From: an archaeon RBG_16_50_20
GTDB lineage: Archaea > Thermoproteota > Bathyarchaeia > 40CM-2-53-6
DNA: 47,265 nt
Direction of reading: 5' to 3'
Assembly (NCBI GenBank): GCA_001768965.1
Contig: MEMY01000047.1
Location: 141 to 47,405 of the forward strand
Part shown: positions 1 to 9,745 of the stretch, piece after piece
Layout of the letters: the number at the start of each line of letters is the position of its first letter
Numbering within the stretch: position 1 is the first letter of the stretch
Notes under the pieces: model-generated
The model's input: the letters and a program-made list of their open reading frames with translations, nothing else
What the model was told of the DNA's origin: nothing
Databases searched by the model: none
Position numbers and translations under genes: made by a program

Positions 1-99
1 ATACAAACTGTGGTCTGCGAACTGGCAATTGCAATAAGATAGTTCGCGAACCAAAGCAATTTTTCAGGAAGCATTACAAAAGGTCAACGTGACACGGAG

Positions 100-411
100 A
101 TGAGCACGGAGATGATGGCAGCTTGGAAATTTCTCTGGGCAATATTCCTCACGTCAACAACCTTCGTTTTTGGCTTTATGTTAACGTACAATTGGCCCTA
201 TTTCTTCTTGGGCATCATAGATGTCGGCTGGATTCGGTCGAATGCAATTTGGTTTGCGCTAGTTGCGCTTGTTGTGGACCCAATTCTCTATATGATTTCA
301 AGACCAAGCCAGAGAGACACAAAGAGGCTAGTATTCTATGTCATCATTTTGACCGCATTCTTTGCCTTCCTCAACTTCATGGTTTACGCTGTTGTGAGTT
401 TGTTGGCATAA
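100..411 (+). CDS. small hypothetical integral membrane protein (about 3 TM helices)
   Basis: 103-aa ATG-initiated ORF with three long hydrophobic stretches (FLWAIFLTSTTFVFGFML, AIWFALVALVVDPILYMI, LVFYVIILTAFFAFLNFMVYAVVSLL). No family recognised. Confidence 0.4.
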   Translation: MSTEMMAAWKFLWAIFLTSTTFVFGFMLTYNWPYFFLGIIDVGWIRSNAIWFALVALVVDPILYMISRPSQRDTKRLVFYVIILTAFFAFLNFMVYAVVSLLA

Positions 412-601
412 GAAAGAGGCGAGGGGCTAGTGAGAAGGCTCGTCGTGTTTAGGGGTCAAGACTTTGCTCAAGGTTGGTCTGAGTATTCTCGGGTATGTTC
501 TCTTTGCGTGTCCGCTTAGGTTCAATAGCAGATGTGGTTTCACTGGCGTTCTTGTAGGCTAGCTCAATGATTTCCTTAGATCTCATGGCGTCCGCTTCTG
601 A

Positions 602-1983
602 GTGAACTATGAAGGTCCAATTTCATTTGGACAAGCTGCTAGTTCATTAGGGCACAAGAACATAGACAACGCGCTACACCGAGCTGAGGTCCATTTGTCT
701 GGAAAAACATCGGGCCAGGCGTATTGGGGTTTCATCAAGGATCCGATATACGGTTACATCCGCTTGACGGAAGTGGAGAAGAACGTTATCGATACGCTCG
801 CTGTTCAGAGATTGCGTAGGATAAGGCAGTTAGCTGGAGCGGAATACGTGTACCCCGCAGCCAACCACACACGATTCGAGCACGTTCTCGGACAATGTAC
901 CTCGCCGGAGTCGTTGCTGAAAACCTCCCTGCTAATCTCTCCTCCGAGGAGAGACAGAAGGTTCGTTTGGCGGCTCTATTGCACGATGTTGGGCACGCGC
1001 CTTTCTCGCATCTTTTCGAACCGCTGCTGGTGAAGTATCTGAATCGCAATCATGAAGACATGTCAAGCTGGATTATCGCTGAGTCTCAATTGGCAGACGT
1101 AATTAGCGCTGAGGGGTTCGATCCGAAAGAGCTGAGTGGGCTCGCCGCTGGGCGGCTCTCAAAATCGGAGAAACCGTTCCTCAGACAGATAATCAGCAGC
1201 TCCTTCGATGTCGACAAAATGGATTTCATTGTACGCGACTCCTACCATACAGGCGCAGGCTATGGCGCAATTGACGTGTTCAGGCTCATCTACACCATGG
1301 ACATACTCGATGGGAACTTAGCTGTGGACATTACGGCTCTTCCTAGTTTAGAGAGCCTGATTATCGCACGCCTCGAATCCTTTCGAGCCATATACTTCCA
1401 TCGAGCCTGCCGGGCCGTTCAGATGATGCTGCTCAAAGCATTGGACGCAGCCAAGGAAGATCTGGAGATACTCCGGATCAAATCGCCCGATGAATATCTG
1501 GAATGGGACGATTACATTGTCTGGTCTAAACTTATGAAAAATCAAGCATCGCGCGAGATCATGAAATCACTCTCAGAACGAAAACTCATCAAATGCGCCT
1601 ATGAGAAAACATTCTTCGCAAAGGATGAACTTCTATCGAGCGTATTCACCAACGAAAACGTCAGATTGAAGCTGGAACAGGAAATTGCTGCAAAGGCCAA
1701 AGTCCCCGTGGCGGACGTTGGAATCGATCTGCCTTCGTTACCATCAATTCCGTATCATTACGCACTGCAAATTGGTGCCACGGACATACCGATCTTCTCA
1801 AAGACTCGTTCAGGAGAGAAGGTGCCACAGAAAATCACTGAGCTCTCCAAGGTTGTTGAAGAGCTAAGGCTCTTCTTGAACATAATCCGAGTCTATACGA
1901 AGGAATCGTACCGAGAGCCGGTGGCGGAAGCCGCTACGAGAGTTCTTGGTGAATCGCCACTTTCAAATGTTCTTTCCTATTGA
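602..1983 (+). pseudogene. HD-domain metal-dependent phosphohydrolase (COG1078 / SAMHD1-dGTPase-like), split by a 1-nt frameshift near nt 890-895
   Basis: The 602..1033 frame encodes the N-terminal part ([12 protein letters not shown]...QRLRRIRQL...[10 protein letters not shown]). The 895..1983 frame continues with MYLAGVV...[12 protein letters not shown]...FDVDKMDFIVRDSYHTG. The two halves join as FEHVLG-x-MYLAG only if one base is added. The true start is probably internal (for example TTG at 695). Confidence 0.7.
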
Positions 1984-2346
1984 GTAGTTGAAGCGCGGCT
2001 GATTTGTTTCTGTTTGCGCCGTCACGGATACCTTGTCGAGTAGCTTTGCATAAGTGCGAAGAGCCTCCGTCTCGTCAAGCTCGGTAAAAAGCGACACCAA
2101 GGCCATTTTTCCGGACCTGCCGGCCAGTCTTTCCGCGAGGGCTCTAGTGGTCATCATATATTTTCCTCCTATGAGTACAGATGAACGTCCCGCAGCCACT
2201 TCGCCTGTCCCAGGCATCGCTATGGCAACTGTTCCCATTCGAACTCTGTCTTCGAAGAAGAAGGCCACGATCGCGTTCTCTAACTGAATGTAGTTGATTT
2301 TGAAGAATCGCGAGTTAACTTCCAGCTTCTCTTCCATCATATCCAT
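1963..2346 (-). CDS. hypothetical protein, possible PAC3/PAC4 (Pba3/Pba4)-like proteasome assembly chaperone fold
   Basis: 127-aa ORF. The segments VRMGTVAIAMPG and SSVLIGGKYMMTTRALAERLAGRSGKMALVSLF resemble, from memory, human PSMG3 (GKMGTLV ... VLLGQDEPLIHVFAKNLVAFVS) and PSMG4 (LAVAM ... LLGDTSDTTSTGLAQRLARKTNKQVFVSY). Not verified by search. Confidence 0.4.
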   Translation of the reverse strand: MDMMEEKLEVNSRFFKINYIQLENAIVAFFFEDRVRMGTVAIAMPGTGEVAAGRSSVLIGGKYMMTTRALAERLAGRSGKMALVSLFTELDETEALRTYAKLLDKVSVTAQTETNQPRFNYSIGKNI

Positions 2347-2500
2347 GAAGATCTACACTTCGTGGCACAGAAGGGGTTAGTTAACTCGCCCCTATGTGGC
2401 GTATGAAATTGCTTTGTCTTGGTTGGTTTGCATGGTCGTTCGGACTGGTTTTTTGATGTAGTAGTGCAATACATCTTATCATCATAATCTGCGCAGCCTC

Positions 2501-3106
2501 ATGTATCTCACGAGGCTCCATGGCTTGGCAATGCTACCCGAGGACATGAAACACCTCATCAACCTAGACGAGAAGGTAGCATGGGTCGTGCGAGGAAGCG
2601 AGACAGTAGTCGTGAGCGACCAGCGCATTATCATACGCAAATCCGGCGGTTTGGGTCTGAAAAAGAGCTTCGTGGATTATCCGTACTCAAACATGGTAAA
2701 CATCAAACTCGACCGAGGGGTCCGGAAGGCGAGCATCGAGATTCTAATGCGGTCTGGAGTTCAAAGCATAAAGATCGCAAGCCTAACGAAACGGGATGCC
2801 TACCAATTGCACAGGATTCTTCGCGAAAACATAATCCGCGGCTCATCATCGCAGGCTGGACAGCCATTTCCTGTGATTATCCAGAGCCCAGTAAGGTCAA
2901 TGGAGAAAGGAAAGGATGATGGACAGCAAGAATGCAAGAAATGCGGACGACCGGTTTCAGCCGACTTCGCGCTCTGCCCGTTTTGCAGGTATGCATTGAA
3001 AATCGAATGCCCAGAGTGTGGGAAGCAGATTGATAGAAAATTCAAGCTCTGCCCGTACTGCGGAGAAGACCTCTCTTATCTCGACGAGATAGACTTGGAA
3101 CTCTAA
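2501..3106 (+). CDS. bacterial-type PH (bPH/YokE-like) domain protein with C-terminal double zinc ribbon
   Basis: 201-aa ORF. The N-terminal pattern (KVAWVVRGSETVVVSDQRIIIRK ... YPYSNMVNIKLDRG...ASIEIL) is typical of bPH domains. The C-terminus carries CKKCG..CPFC and CPECG..CPYCG (four CxxC pairs). Confidence 0.5.
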   Translation: MYLTRLHGLAMLPEDMKHLINLDEKVAWVVRGSETVVVSDQRIIIRKSGGLGLKKSFVDYPYSNMVNIKLDRGVRKASIEILMRSGVQSIKIASLTKRDAYQLHRILRENIIRGSSSQAGQPFPVIIQSPVRSMEKGKDDGQQECKKCGRPVSADFALCPFCRYALKIECPECGKQIDRKFKLCPYCGEDLSYLDEIDLEL

Positions 3107-3160
3107 CGACAGGTACCCATTTCCCCAAATACCTGAGCCAGCACAACTCAGCCGAGAGCG

Positions 3161-3853
3161 TTGAGGATCGCGGTCGTATCCGATATCCATTCCAACCTCG
3201 ACGCATTCGAGGTGGTTATCAAGAATCTGCCAGCGTATGACAAGCTCATCTGCCTCGGGGACATTGTCGGATATGGACCACAACCAAACGAAGTAGTTGA
3301 ACGACTCAGACAGCTCCGACCGACGACTGTCCTCCTGGGAAATCATGACCACGCAGTTGCAACTGGTGATGTAAGCGACTTCTCCCAACATGCTGCCGTG
3401 GCCGTGCAATGGACAAGGAAGTGTATCAGCCAAGCCAACCTTGTCTACCTTTCCCATCTGCAAGCCTCTGCGAGGATGGAATTTGGTGGCACGAGTCTTG
3501 GGCTGTATCACGGAAGTCCAAGTGATCCGCTTGCAGAGTACATATTTCCCGGGCTACCCGCGACTTCGGCAAGGAGGCTAATCCGTGAAAGTGGCGCTCG
3601 ATTAGTCCTCTTGGGACACACTCACGTGCCTATGCTCTACTCCTTCGAGGACGAACTGCTCGGAAACCCAGGAAGCGTAGGCCAGCCAAGGGACGGAGAT
3701 CCACGAGCAAGCTTCGCAATTCTTACGCTAACCAAGGAGAAGTTCTCCTTTGACATAACACGATTGGAGTATAACATAGATTCAGTAGCGCAGAAGATCC
3801 GTCACGCTGGTCTCCCAGAGTTTTTGGCAGAGAGACTATACACGGGCAAGTGA
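3161..3853 (+). CDS. metallophosphoesterase (YfcE/MJ0936-like calcineurin-type phosphoesterase)
   Basis: Motifs RIAVVSDIHSN, GDIVGYGPQPNEV, GNHD and GHTH appear in the canonical order. The only available start is TTG at 3161. Confidence 0.75.
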   Translation: MRIAVVSDIHSNLDAFEVVIKNLPAYDKLICLGDIVGYGPQPNEVVERLRQLRPTTVLLGNHDHAVATGDVSDFSQHAAVAVQWTRKCISQANLVYLSHLQASARMEFGGTSLGLYHGSPSDPLAEYIFPGLPATSARRLIRESGARLVLLGHTHVPMLYSFEDELLGNPGSVGQPRDGDPRASFAILTLTKEKFSFDITRLEYNIDSVAQKIRHAGLPEFLAERLYTGK

Positions 3854-3956
3854 AACGCGCTTCAATGTATGGTTATGTTGATTTCGTGAGGAATTCTTTT
3901 AAGTCGCCTCAAAGGGATGCGCTGAGCTACTGAGGGTTGCCACGTGAAACAAATCG

Positions 3957-5324
3957 GTGGTCGAATTTTCGGTGGTCACATTTATGGTGATCACTACTGG
4001 CTCTCTCAAACCGCACTCTATACCAACTAGTCTCTCCAGTTCTACAATAGTGCAAGCGACCGCGAAGTTGGAGTCAAGGCACCCAGTCGAGCAGAAGAAC
4101 AGACGGATCGTTGTAAAATTCGGCGGCTCCAGCCTCTCTGATAGAGATCGAATCGCTCAAGCAGCCAAGCTAATCTCAAAAGAGAACAGGAAAGGGACGA
4201 AGCTCGTCGTAGTCGTGTCTGCCATCGGCAAGATGACAGACCAGTTGATCGGTTTGGTGAACCACAACTCCGGAAAAGCACCTGACAAAACGGATCTCGA
4301 CGACGTTCTTGCGATGGGTGAGAGAACAAGCGTGAGGGTTTTCGCCACTGCTTTGAAAGCTGAAGGCCTTGAAACAAAATACTTTGATCCGTCAGAGGAT
4401 AAGTGGCCGATCATAACGGATGATCAGTTTTCCAATGCCAACCCCATCCTAGAGTTATGCATCCAAAAGATTCGTGAGCATATCGTCCCTCTGCTCGATT
4501 GGGGGACCATACCAGTTATCGCTGGTTTCGTTGGCAAGTCGACCAACGGCAAAGTAAGCACAATAGGACGAGGGGGAAGCGACACAACCGCCTTCATAAT
4601 AGCAAGCGCCATCGGGGCCGACGAGGTGGTTCTGGTGACCGATGAAGACGGTATCCTATCTGCAGATCCGAAATACGTTCCAAATGCTAGGAAGCTCGAC
4701 CGAATCGATGTAAGCACTCTCATCGGCCTTGCTGATTCAGGAACAAAATTCATTCACCGGAAAGCACTCCGATACAAGGATCCCGACATACCAGTACGTG
4801 TAATCAGTAACCGGAAAGACGACTTGGAAGCCGACGGCACAGTGATCACGGGAGGCATATCAAGCGAAATCGAGGTCATCTTCGCCAGTACGGCTCAGTC
4901 AATGGCTATCACTGTAGCTGGAAAAGGTATATCCGAAAATCCGGATGTTCTAGCGAACTTGCTCAAAGCAGTCAGGAATCACTCAACTCTGAATGGTCTG
5001 TCTGCGAATTTCGATTCCATCATCTTCTATGTACCAGAAACGGCATCAAACGCGCTTCTCGGCTCAGTTCACGACGTCATTACGGAGCATGGGGAAGCGC
5101 TGGCGATGGCGATTCAGCCAAACTTAGCGTTCTTGAAGGTCAAGGGCGTCGGATTGGAGGATACGCCGGGGATTATCGGCCGAATCTCAACTCGACTGCG
5201 AGATAATGGGATCAATATCTACGGAATGTTGACCCTGGCATCGAGTATTCTGGTATTCGTCTCTTGGGAAGAAAAGGAACTTGCAATGGATTTAATGAAG
5301 CAAGTTGTTCGAGGTCAGTTGTAG
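3957..5324 (+). CDS. ask: aspartate kinase with C-terminal ACT domains
   Basis: VVKFGGSSL nucleotide-binding start, TIGRGGSDTTA and DVDGILSADP-like (DEDGILSADPKYV) motifs, and an ACT-like C-terminus (VKGVGLEDTPGIIGRISTRLRDNGINIYGM). The ORF-track start (GTG 3957) adds about 35 atypical residues. GTG 4050 or TTG 4068 are more plausible starts. Confidence 0.85.
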   Translation: MVEFSVVTFMVITTGSLKPHSIPTSLSSSTIVQATAKLESRHPVEQKNRRIVVKFGGSSLSDRDRIAQAAKLISKENRKGTKLVVVVSAIGKMTDQLIGLVNHNSGKAPDKTDLDDVLAMGERTSVRVFATALKAEGLETKYFDPSEDKWPIITDDQFSNANPILELCIQKIREHIVPLLDWGTIPVIAGFVGKSTNGKVSTIGRGGSDTTAFIIASAIGADEVVLVTDEDGILSADPKYVPNARKLDRIDVSTLIGLADSGTKFIHRKALRYKDPDIPVRVISNRKDDLEADGTVITGGISSEIEVIFASTAQSMAITVAGKGISENPDVLANLLKAVRNHSTLNGLSANFDSIIFYVPETASNALLGSVHDVITEHGEALAMAIQPNLAFLKVKGVGLEDTPGIIGRISTRLRDNGINIYGMLTLASSILVFVSWEEKELAMDLMKQVVRGQL

Positions 5325-5325
5325 G

Positions 5326-6357
5326 ATGAAAGCCGCGATTCTTGGCGCAACAGGACTAGTGGGGCAACGTTTTGTTCAGTTACTAAACGGCCATTCCTGG
5401 TTCGAGATTTCGGCAGTGACCGGATCCGAAAGGAGGGCCGGAATGATCTACGGTGAGGCTGTGAATTGGCGAATGGAGACGAATCTCAAGCACGAGGTCG
5501 CAGAATTGACGGTTCAGCCTTCGGATCCGAGAGATATCGATGCTGATGTTGTGTTCTCCGCCCTGCCAGCAGACCAGGCACTCAAGGTCGAGGAGGATTT
5601 CGCAAAGGCAGGTTTCGCAGTAGTGAGCAATGCATCTGCTCACAGAATGGAGTCCGATGTCCCACTAATGAACCCCGAAGCCAACTTCAATCATCTAACA
5701 TTGATCGATGAACAGAGGAGAAAACGGAAATGGGACGGAGCTCTTGTAACGAACCCAAACTGTACCACAGCAGTTCTTACGTTATCTCTCAAACCAATTT
5801 CCAACACGTTCGGTTTGAAGAATGTGATAATGTCCTCAATGCAGGCAGTGTCGGGCGCAGGGTATCCAGGCGTCGCATCTCTCGACATTATTGACAACAT
5901 AATCCCCTTCATTAGAGATGAAGAGGAGAAGGTGCAGCGTGAAACCAAGAAGATCCTAGGTTCCATTGGAAAACCTGCAGACTTCAATGTTTCAGCCAGC
6001 TGCCACCGTGTCCCAGTCATAGACGGTCATACCGAAGCCGTTTTCGTTCAAACAGAAGAAGCTGCGACTCCCGAAGACGTCGCCAAGTGCATGAGCGAAT
6101 TCACAGCCGAACCACAGAAGTTGAAACTACCGTCAGCGCCGGAAAGACCAGTCGTCCTCAAGCAGGAGCAGGATAGGCCCCAGTCTCGTTTTGACAGAAC
6201 CGAAGGCCTCGGGATGTCTGTGGTTGTAGGCAGAGTGCGCAACGACCCTGTGTTCAATGGGGTCAAGTACATTGCCCTGGGTCACAACACAATTCGTGGA
6301 GCCGCCGGTTGCGCCGTTCTCATCGCCGAGTCGATGAAGGCGCAGGGTTATCTTTGA
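5326..6357 (+). CDS. asd: aspartate-semialdehyde dehydrogenase
   Basis: MKAAILGATGLVGQRF NAD-binding N-terminus, active-site region NPNCTT, and SGAGYPG. The ATG at 5326 lies 1 nt after the ask stop (TAG 5322-5324). Confidence 0.9.
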   Translation: MKAAILGATGLVGQRFVQLLNGHSWFEISAVTGSERRAGMIYGEAVNWRMETNLKHEVAELTVQPSDPRDIDADVVFSALPADQALKVEEDFAKAGFAVVSNASAHRMESDVPLMNPEANFNHLTLIDEQRRKRKWDGALVTNPNCTTAVLTLSLKPISNTFGLKNVIMSSMQAVSGAGYPGVASLDIIDNIIPFIRDEEEKVQRETKKILGSIGKPADFNVSASCHRVPVIDGHTEAVFVQTEEAATPEDVAKCMSEFTAEPQKLKLPSAPERPVVLKQEQDRPQSRFDRTEGLGMSVVVGRVRNDPVFNGVKYIALGHNTIRGAAGCAVLIAESMKAQGYL

Positions 6358-6368
6358 TGGTGATCTAA

Positions 6369-7157
6369 ATGGAATCAGGCAAAACGAGAAGACTGCGAAG
6401 GCTCTTCAAGGGCGATTCGAAGACCTTCATCATAGCAATGGATCACGGCGTAACATTAGGGCCAGTTCAAGGCCTAGAGGACATGCAGCAAGCGGTGAAT
6501 TATGTTGTGAAGGGTGGGGCTGACGCGGTACTAGTACACAAGGGCATCGCCAAACATGTGAATGCTGGAAATGCGGGGTTGATAATTCACGTCTCAGCCT
6601 CAACCAAACTTGGAGGAAGCCCCAACCTAAAGGTGGGCGTCTGCACACTCGAGGAGGCGATCAGACTGGGCGCTGATGCTGTCTCAGCTCACATAAACAT
6701 CGGAACCGAACACGAGGACAAGATGCTCGAACTCTTGGGGAGCCTTTCGGAAGAATGCGACTCTTTTGGCATACCACTGTTAGCCATGATGTATCCTCGA
6801 GGACCAAACATCAAGAATGAGCATGAACTCGAAGTCGTCTCGCATGCAGCTAGGATCGGAGCTGAACTCGGCGCTGACATAGTGAAGACTGTTTACACCG
6901 GCGAGCTCGAAAGCTTTCGGAAAGTAGTCCGGAGTTGCCCGGTACCCGTTGTGGTTGCGGGCGGGCCGAGAATGAAGACTGATTCGGAGGTACTGGAACT
7001 CGCCGAATGTTCTCTCAAGGCCGGCGCCGCAGGATTATCCTTTGGACGAAACGTCTTCCAGCACACGAGCCCAGAGAGGATAAGCCGTGCGTTGGCCGCG
7101 ATAGTCCATGAGGGCGCGACAGCTCAAGACGCTATGAAGGTGCTGGGATCCTCATGA
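6369..7157 (+). CDS. 2-amino-3,7-dideoxy-D-threo-hept-6-ulosonate (ADH) synthase, DhnA-type class I aldolase family (AroA-prime, MJ0400-like)
   Basis: COG1830-type aldolase pattern (FIIAMDHG, GADAVLVHKG, GADIVKT Schiff-base lysine region, FGRNVFQ). The specific assignment rests on its position immediately upstream of, and overlapping, DHQ synthase II inside the aro operon. Confidence 0.75.
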   Translation: MESGKTRRLRRLFKGDSKTFIIAMDHGVTLGPVQGLEDMQQAVNYVVKGGADAVLVHKGIAKHVNAGNAGLIIHVSASTKLGGSPNLKVGVCTLEEAIRLGADAVSAHINIGTEHEDKMLELLGSLSEECDSFGIPLLAMMYPRGPNIKNEHELEVVSHAARIGAELGADIVKTVYTGELESFRKVVRSCPVPVVVAGGPRMKTDSEVLELAECSLKAGAAGLSFGRNVFQHTSPERISRALAAIVHEGATAQDAMKVLGSS

Positions 7158-8212
7158 TGAAACAGTTCTGGATTCGTCTCGATCCCAAATCGACCCCCGA
7201 ATCCAAAGCGGACCTACTCAACAAAGCCCAGCAACATTGCAATGTGGCCCTTCTCTATCCTCAGGATCTGCCGCTCGTTTCAAACTTGAAGTTGAAAAGC
7301 GCATCCACTGATGCTCGGGCAGATATCGTGATATCAACCGATCTTCGACCTGGTCGGGTTGTTTCAGGAAACATTGCTGCGGAGGTTGTCGTGAAGGAGA
7401 GCTCCGATGAGCAAAAAGCCGTTGAGTTGGCAGAGCTGGGAATTAGATACCTCATAATTCACTGTCCCGATTGGAAGGTCATACCACTCGAAAACCTCAT
7501 CGCGAAAACCCGAAACAAGACAATGTTGCTCGCGGATGTCTCTACCGTATCTGATGCGAAGGTCGCACTCCAAACCCTGGAACTCGGTGTAGACGGTGTA
7601 GTCTTTGCTCCGAGTGTGCCGCAAGAAGTGGAAGACATGGGGGCACTTATGAGAAACAGCGAGCACCACATTGTTTTGCTCAAAACCAAAGTGGTCTTGG
7701 TGAAACCACTCGGCACTGGCGCCAGAGTGTGCGTCGACACATGCGAAATCATGGAACCAGGCGAAGGAATGCTTGTCGGTTCGCAGTCTTCGGGTCTTTT
7801 CCTCCTCGAAGCAGAGGTCCACAGGAACCCTCACGTAGAACCTCGCCCGTTCCGTGTAAATGCAGGACCGGTCTCTTCCTACGTTCTCACTCCTGGATTG
7901 AAAACGCGCTATCTATCCGAACTAAAAGCAGGCGACGAAGTCCTGATCATAAATCGCGCTGGAACCAGTAGAACAGGGCACATTGGTCGAGTGAAAATAG
8001 AGCGACGGCCCATGACGCTGGTCGAAACGGAGTTCAACAATCGTACCTTTTCAATCATAGTCCAGAATGCTGAGACAGTACGCTTGGTTTCAGAGAGCAT
8101 CTCAAAGTCCGTTTCGGAACTCAGACCAGGCGATGAAGTTCTCATTCGTGTTGAAGAAGGCGGCAGGCATTTCGGAACTCTGGTTGCCGATGAAATGGTG
8201 ATTGAGCGCTGA
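7154..8212 (+). CDS. 3-dehydroquinate synthase II (archaeal AroB-prime, MJ1249-like)
   Basis: 352-aa protein starting MMKQFWIRLD, with length and layout of COG1465. The ATGA start-stop overlap with the preceding gene is at 7154-7157. Confidence 0.75.
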   Translation: MMKQFWIRLDPKSTPESKADLLNKAQQHCNVALLYPQDLPLVSNLKLKSASTDARADIVISTDLRPGRVVSGNIAAEVVVKESSDEQKAVELAELGIRYLIIHCPDWKVIPLENLIAKTRNKTMLLADVSTVSDAKVALQTLELGVDGVVFAPSVPQEVEDMGALMRNSEHHIVLLKTKVVLVKPLGTGARVCVDTCEIMEPGEGMLVGSQSSGLFLLEAEVHRNPHVEPRPFRVNAGPVSSYVLTPGLKTRYLSELKAGDEVLIINRAGTSRTGHIGRVKIERRPMTLVETEFNNRTFSIIVQNAETVRLVSESISKSVSELRPGDEVLIRVEEGGRHFGTLVADEMVIER

Positions 8213-8250
8213 CCTGCAAGATCTGCCTCTCTGTCATCCCAGACGCTAAT

Positions 8251-8871
8251 GTGAACATCGATCAACTACTCGCGCAAATCGCCCAGAAGAGGCCAGACCT
8301 TGTGGAGTTCCGCCTAGACAGACTTGATAATCTGACGGCCGTTGAAACCATAGGCCAGAAGAAGACTCTGCCAGCGATCGCAACCGACAAAGCCATCAGA
8401 GAGCCATCCGTAAGCCGCAAGATTCTGCTTGCAGCTGCCAGTTCAAGTTTCGAATATGTTGACATAGACTTCGCGTCACATGATGCGAAGAGGCTCGTAG
8501 AAGAGTGTAGGGCCAAAGGGACTAAGATCATCGTGTCCAGTCACAACTTCAATGGAACACCGTCTCAAAGCGAACTGAGGGATGTATTCAACTCAGTGAG
8601 GGAGATGGAGGCTGACATCTGCAAGATCGTGACGACCGCAACACACCCTCGTGATAACCTAGAAGTACTCAACTTCGTCCAGGAAAAGTGTACAGAGGCT
8701 AAGCTAGTTTCTTTCGCGATGGGTTCACTGGGAACTCCATCTAGGATCCTCTCTCCTGTTTTCGGGGCCGAATTCACTTTCGCAGCCTTCAGTCAAGACT
8801 CCAGGACGGCCGACGGCCAACTTAGTATTGAGGATCTTCGAAGCGTGTGGCATCTACTTGGAATTCAATAG
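8251..8871 (+). CDS. aroD: 3-dehydroquinate dehydratase, type I
   Basis: DLVEFRLDRL, VSSHNFNGTP (catalytic His region) and ADICKIV (Schiff-base Lys). GTG start. Confidence 0.85.
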   Translation: MNIDQLLAQIAQKRPDLVEFRLDRLDNLTAVETIGQKKTLPAIATDKAIREPSVSRKILLAAASSSFEYVDIDFASHDAKRLVEECRAKGTKIIVSSHNFNGTPSQSELRDVFNSVREMEADICKIVTTATHPRDNLEVLNFVQEKCTEAKLVSFAMGSLGTPSRILSPVFGAEFTFAAFSQDSRTADGQLSIEDLRSVWHLLGIQ

Positions 8872-9745
8872 TTCGGCAGTTTCAGGAAAGACGCAGGTTT
8901 ACTGTCTCATAGGCGACCCCGTGGACCACTCGTTGAGCCCAGCAATTCAGAACACCGCCTTCCGATCAGCTGGCATGGACGCCGTCTACGTGCCATTTCG
9001 AGTAAGGAGGAAGGAACTCAAGGATGCGATTCGCGGCTTACGCGCAATTGGTGTACGCGGTTTCAACGTGACCACGCCTCACAAAAGCCATGTTATGCGT
9101 CACTTGGACAAGTTGGACCCCACAGCTCGAGAGATAGGGTCAGTGAACACTGTTGTGGCCAGCGAGAACGGCATGCTAACTGGGTACAACACGGACGGAA
9201 TCGGTGCTGTCAAGGCTCTGCAGGACGCAGGCGCCCCCCTGAACAAAACAGCCCTGTTGTTTGGAGCAGGAGGGGCAAGCCGAGCTATAGCCCACGCGCT
9301 TGCCCGCCATTCGAAGTCGATCAGACTCGTTAATCGAACCCAATCAAAGGCGAGAGAACTAGAACGCCGACTGAGACGGAAATATCGAATTGATGTCTCG
9401 CACCATGCTCTCCTGCGGACTAGACTCCGGAATCTGATCGAGGAGGCTGACATCATCATTAACGGGTCTGCGATGGGAATGGATGGAAGGGCTGATCTCC
9501 CCATCGAGGAAAATTGGCTGAATCGAGACCAATGGGTGATGGATATCGTATACAGACCTCCGGAGACAAGATTGCTGAACCTTGCTGGGCTAGCAGGAGC
9601 GAGAACGCTCAACGGTCTGGACATGCTCGTAAGCCAAGGTGCATGCTCTTTCGAACTCTGGACAGGTCGAGCGGCGGTGATCGCCGAAATGCGTCATGCT
9701 GTTGCGAGAGAATCGTTGGCGTTTGCTCATGCAAAAAACAGCTGA
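8828..9745 (+). CDS. aroE: shikimate 5-dehydrogenase
   Basis: GDPVDHSLSPAIQNTAF, FNVTTPHK, NTDGIG and GAGGASRA motifs. There is no in-frame ATG near the N-terminus. The start is TTG 8828 or TTG 8858, and either one overlaps the aroD 3-prime end. Confidence 0.85.
   Translation: MRIFEACGIYLEFNSSAVSGKTQVYCLIGDPVDHSLSPAIQNTAFRSAGMDAVYVPFRVRRKELKDAIRGLRAIGVRGFNVTTPHKSHVMRHLDKLDPTAREIGSVNTVVASENGMLTGYNTDGIGAVKALQDAGAPLNKTALLFGAGGASRAIAHALARHSKSIRLVNRTQSKARELERRLRRKYRIDVSHHALLRTRLRNLIEEADIIINGSAMGMDGRADLPIEENWLNRDQWVMDIVYRPPETRLLNLAGLAGARTLNGLDMLVSQGACSFELWTGRAAVIAEMRHAVARESLAFAHAKNS

Noticed and set aside
449-586. 45-codon minus-strand ORF (MRSKEIIELAYKNASETTSAIEPKRTRKENIPENTQTNLEQSLDP) in the 412-601 gap.
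   Set aside because: No motif and a hydrophilic low-complexity tail. There is no recognisable promoter and no way to test conservation here.
2957-3511. Long antisense or alternate-frame ORFs in the track (for example 2957..3511 -, 7364..7834 -, 9100..9624 -, 15887..16318 +, 36614..37144 +, 40639..41028 +, 21163..21621 -).
   Set aside because: Each lies wholly inside, or opposite, a gene with clear family motifs. They have skewed low-complexity composition (rich in R/S/P/C) and no recognisable motifs. They are shadow ORFs.
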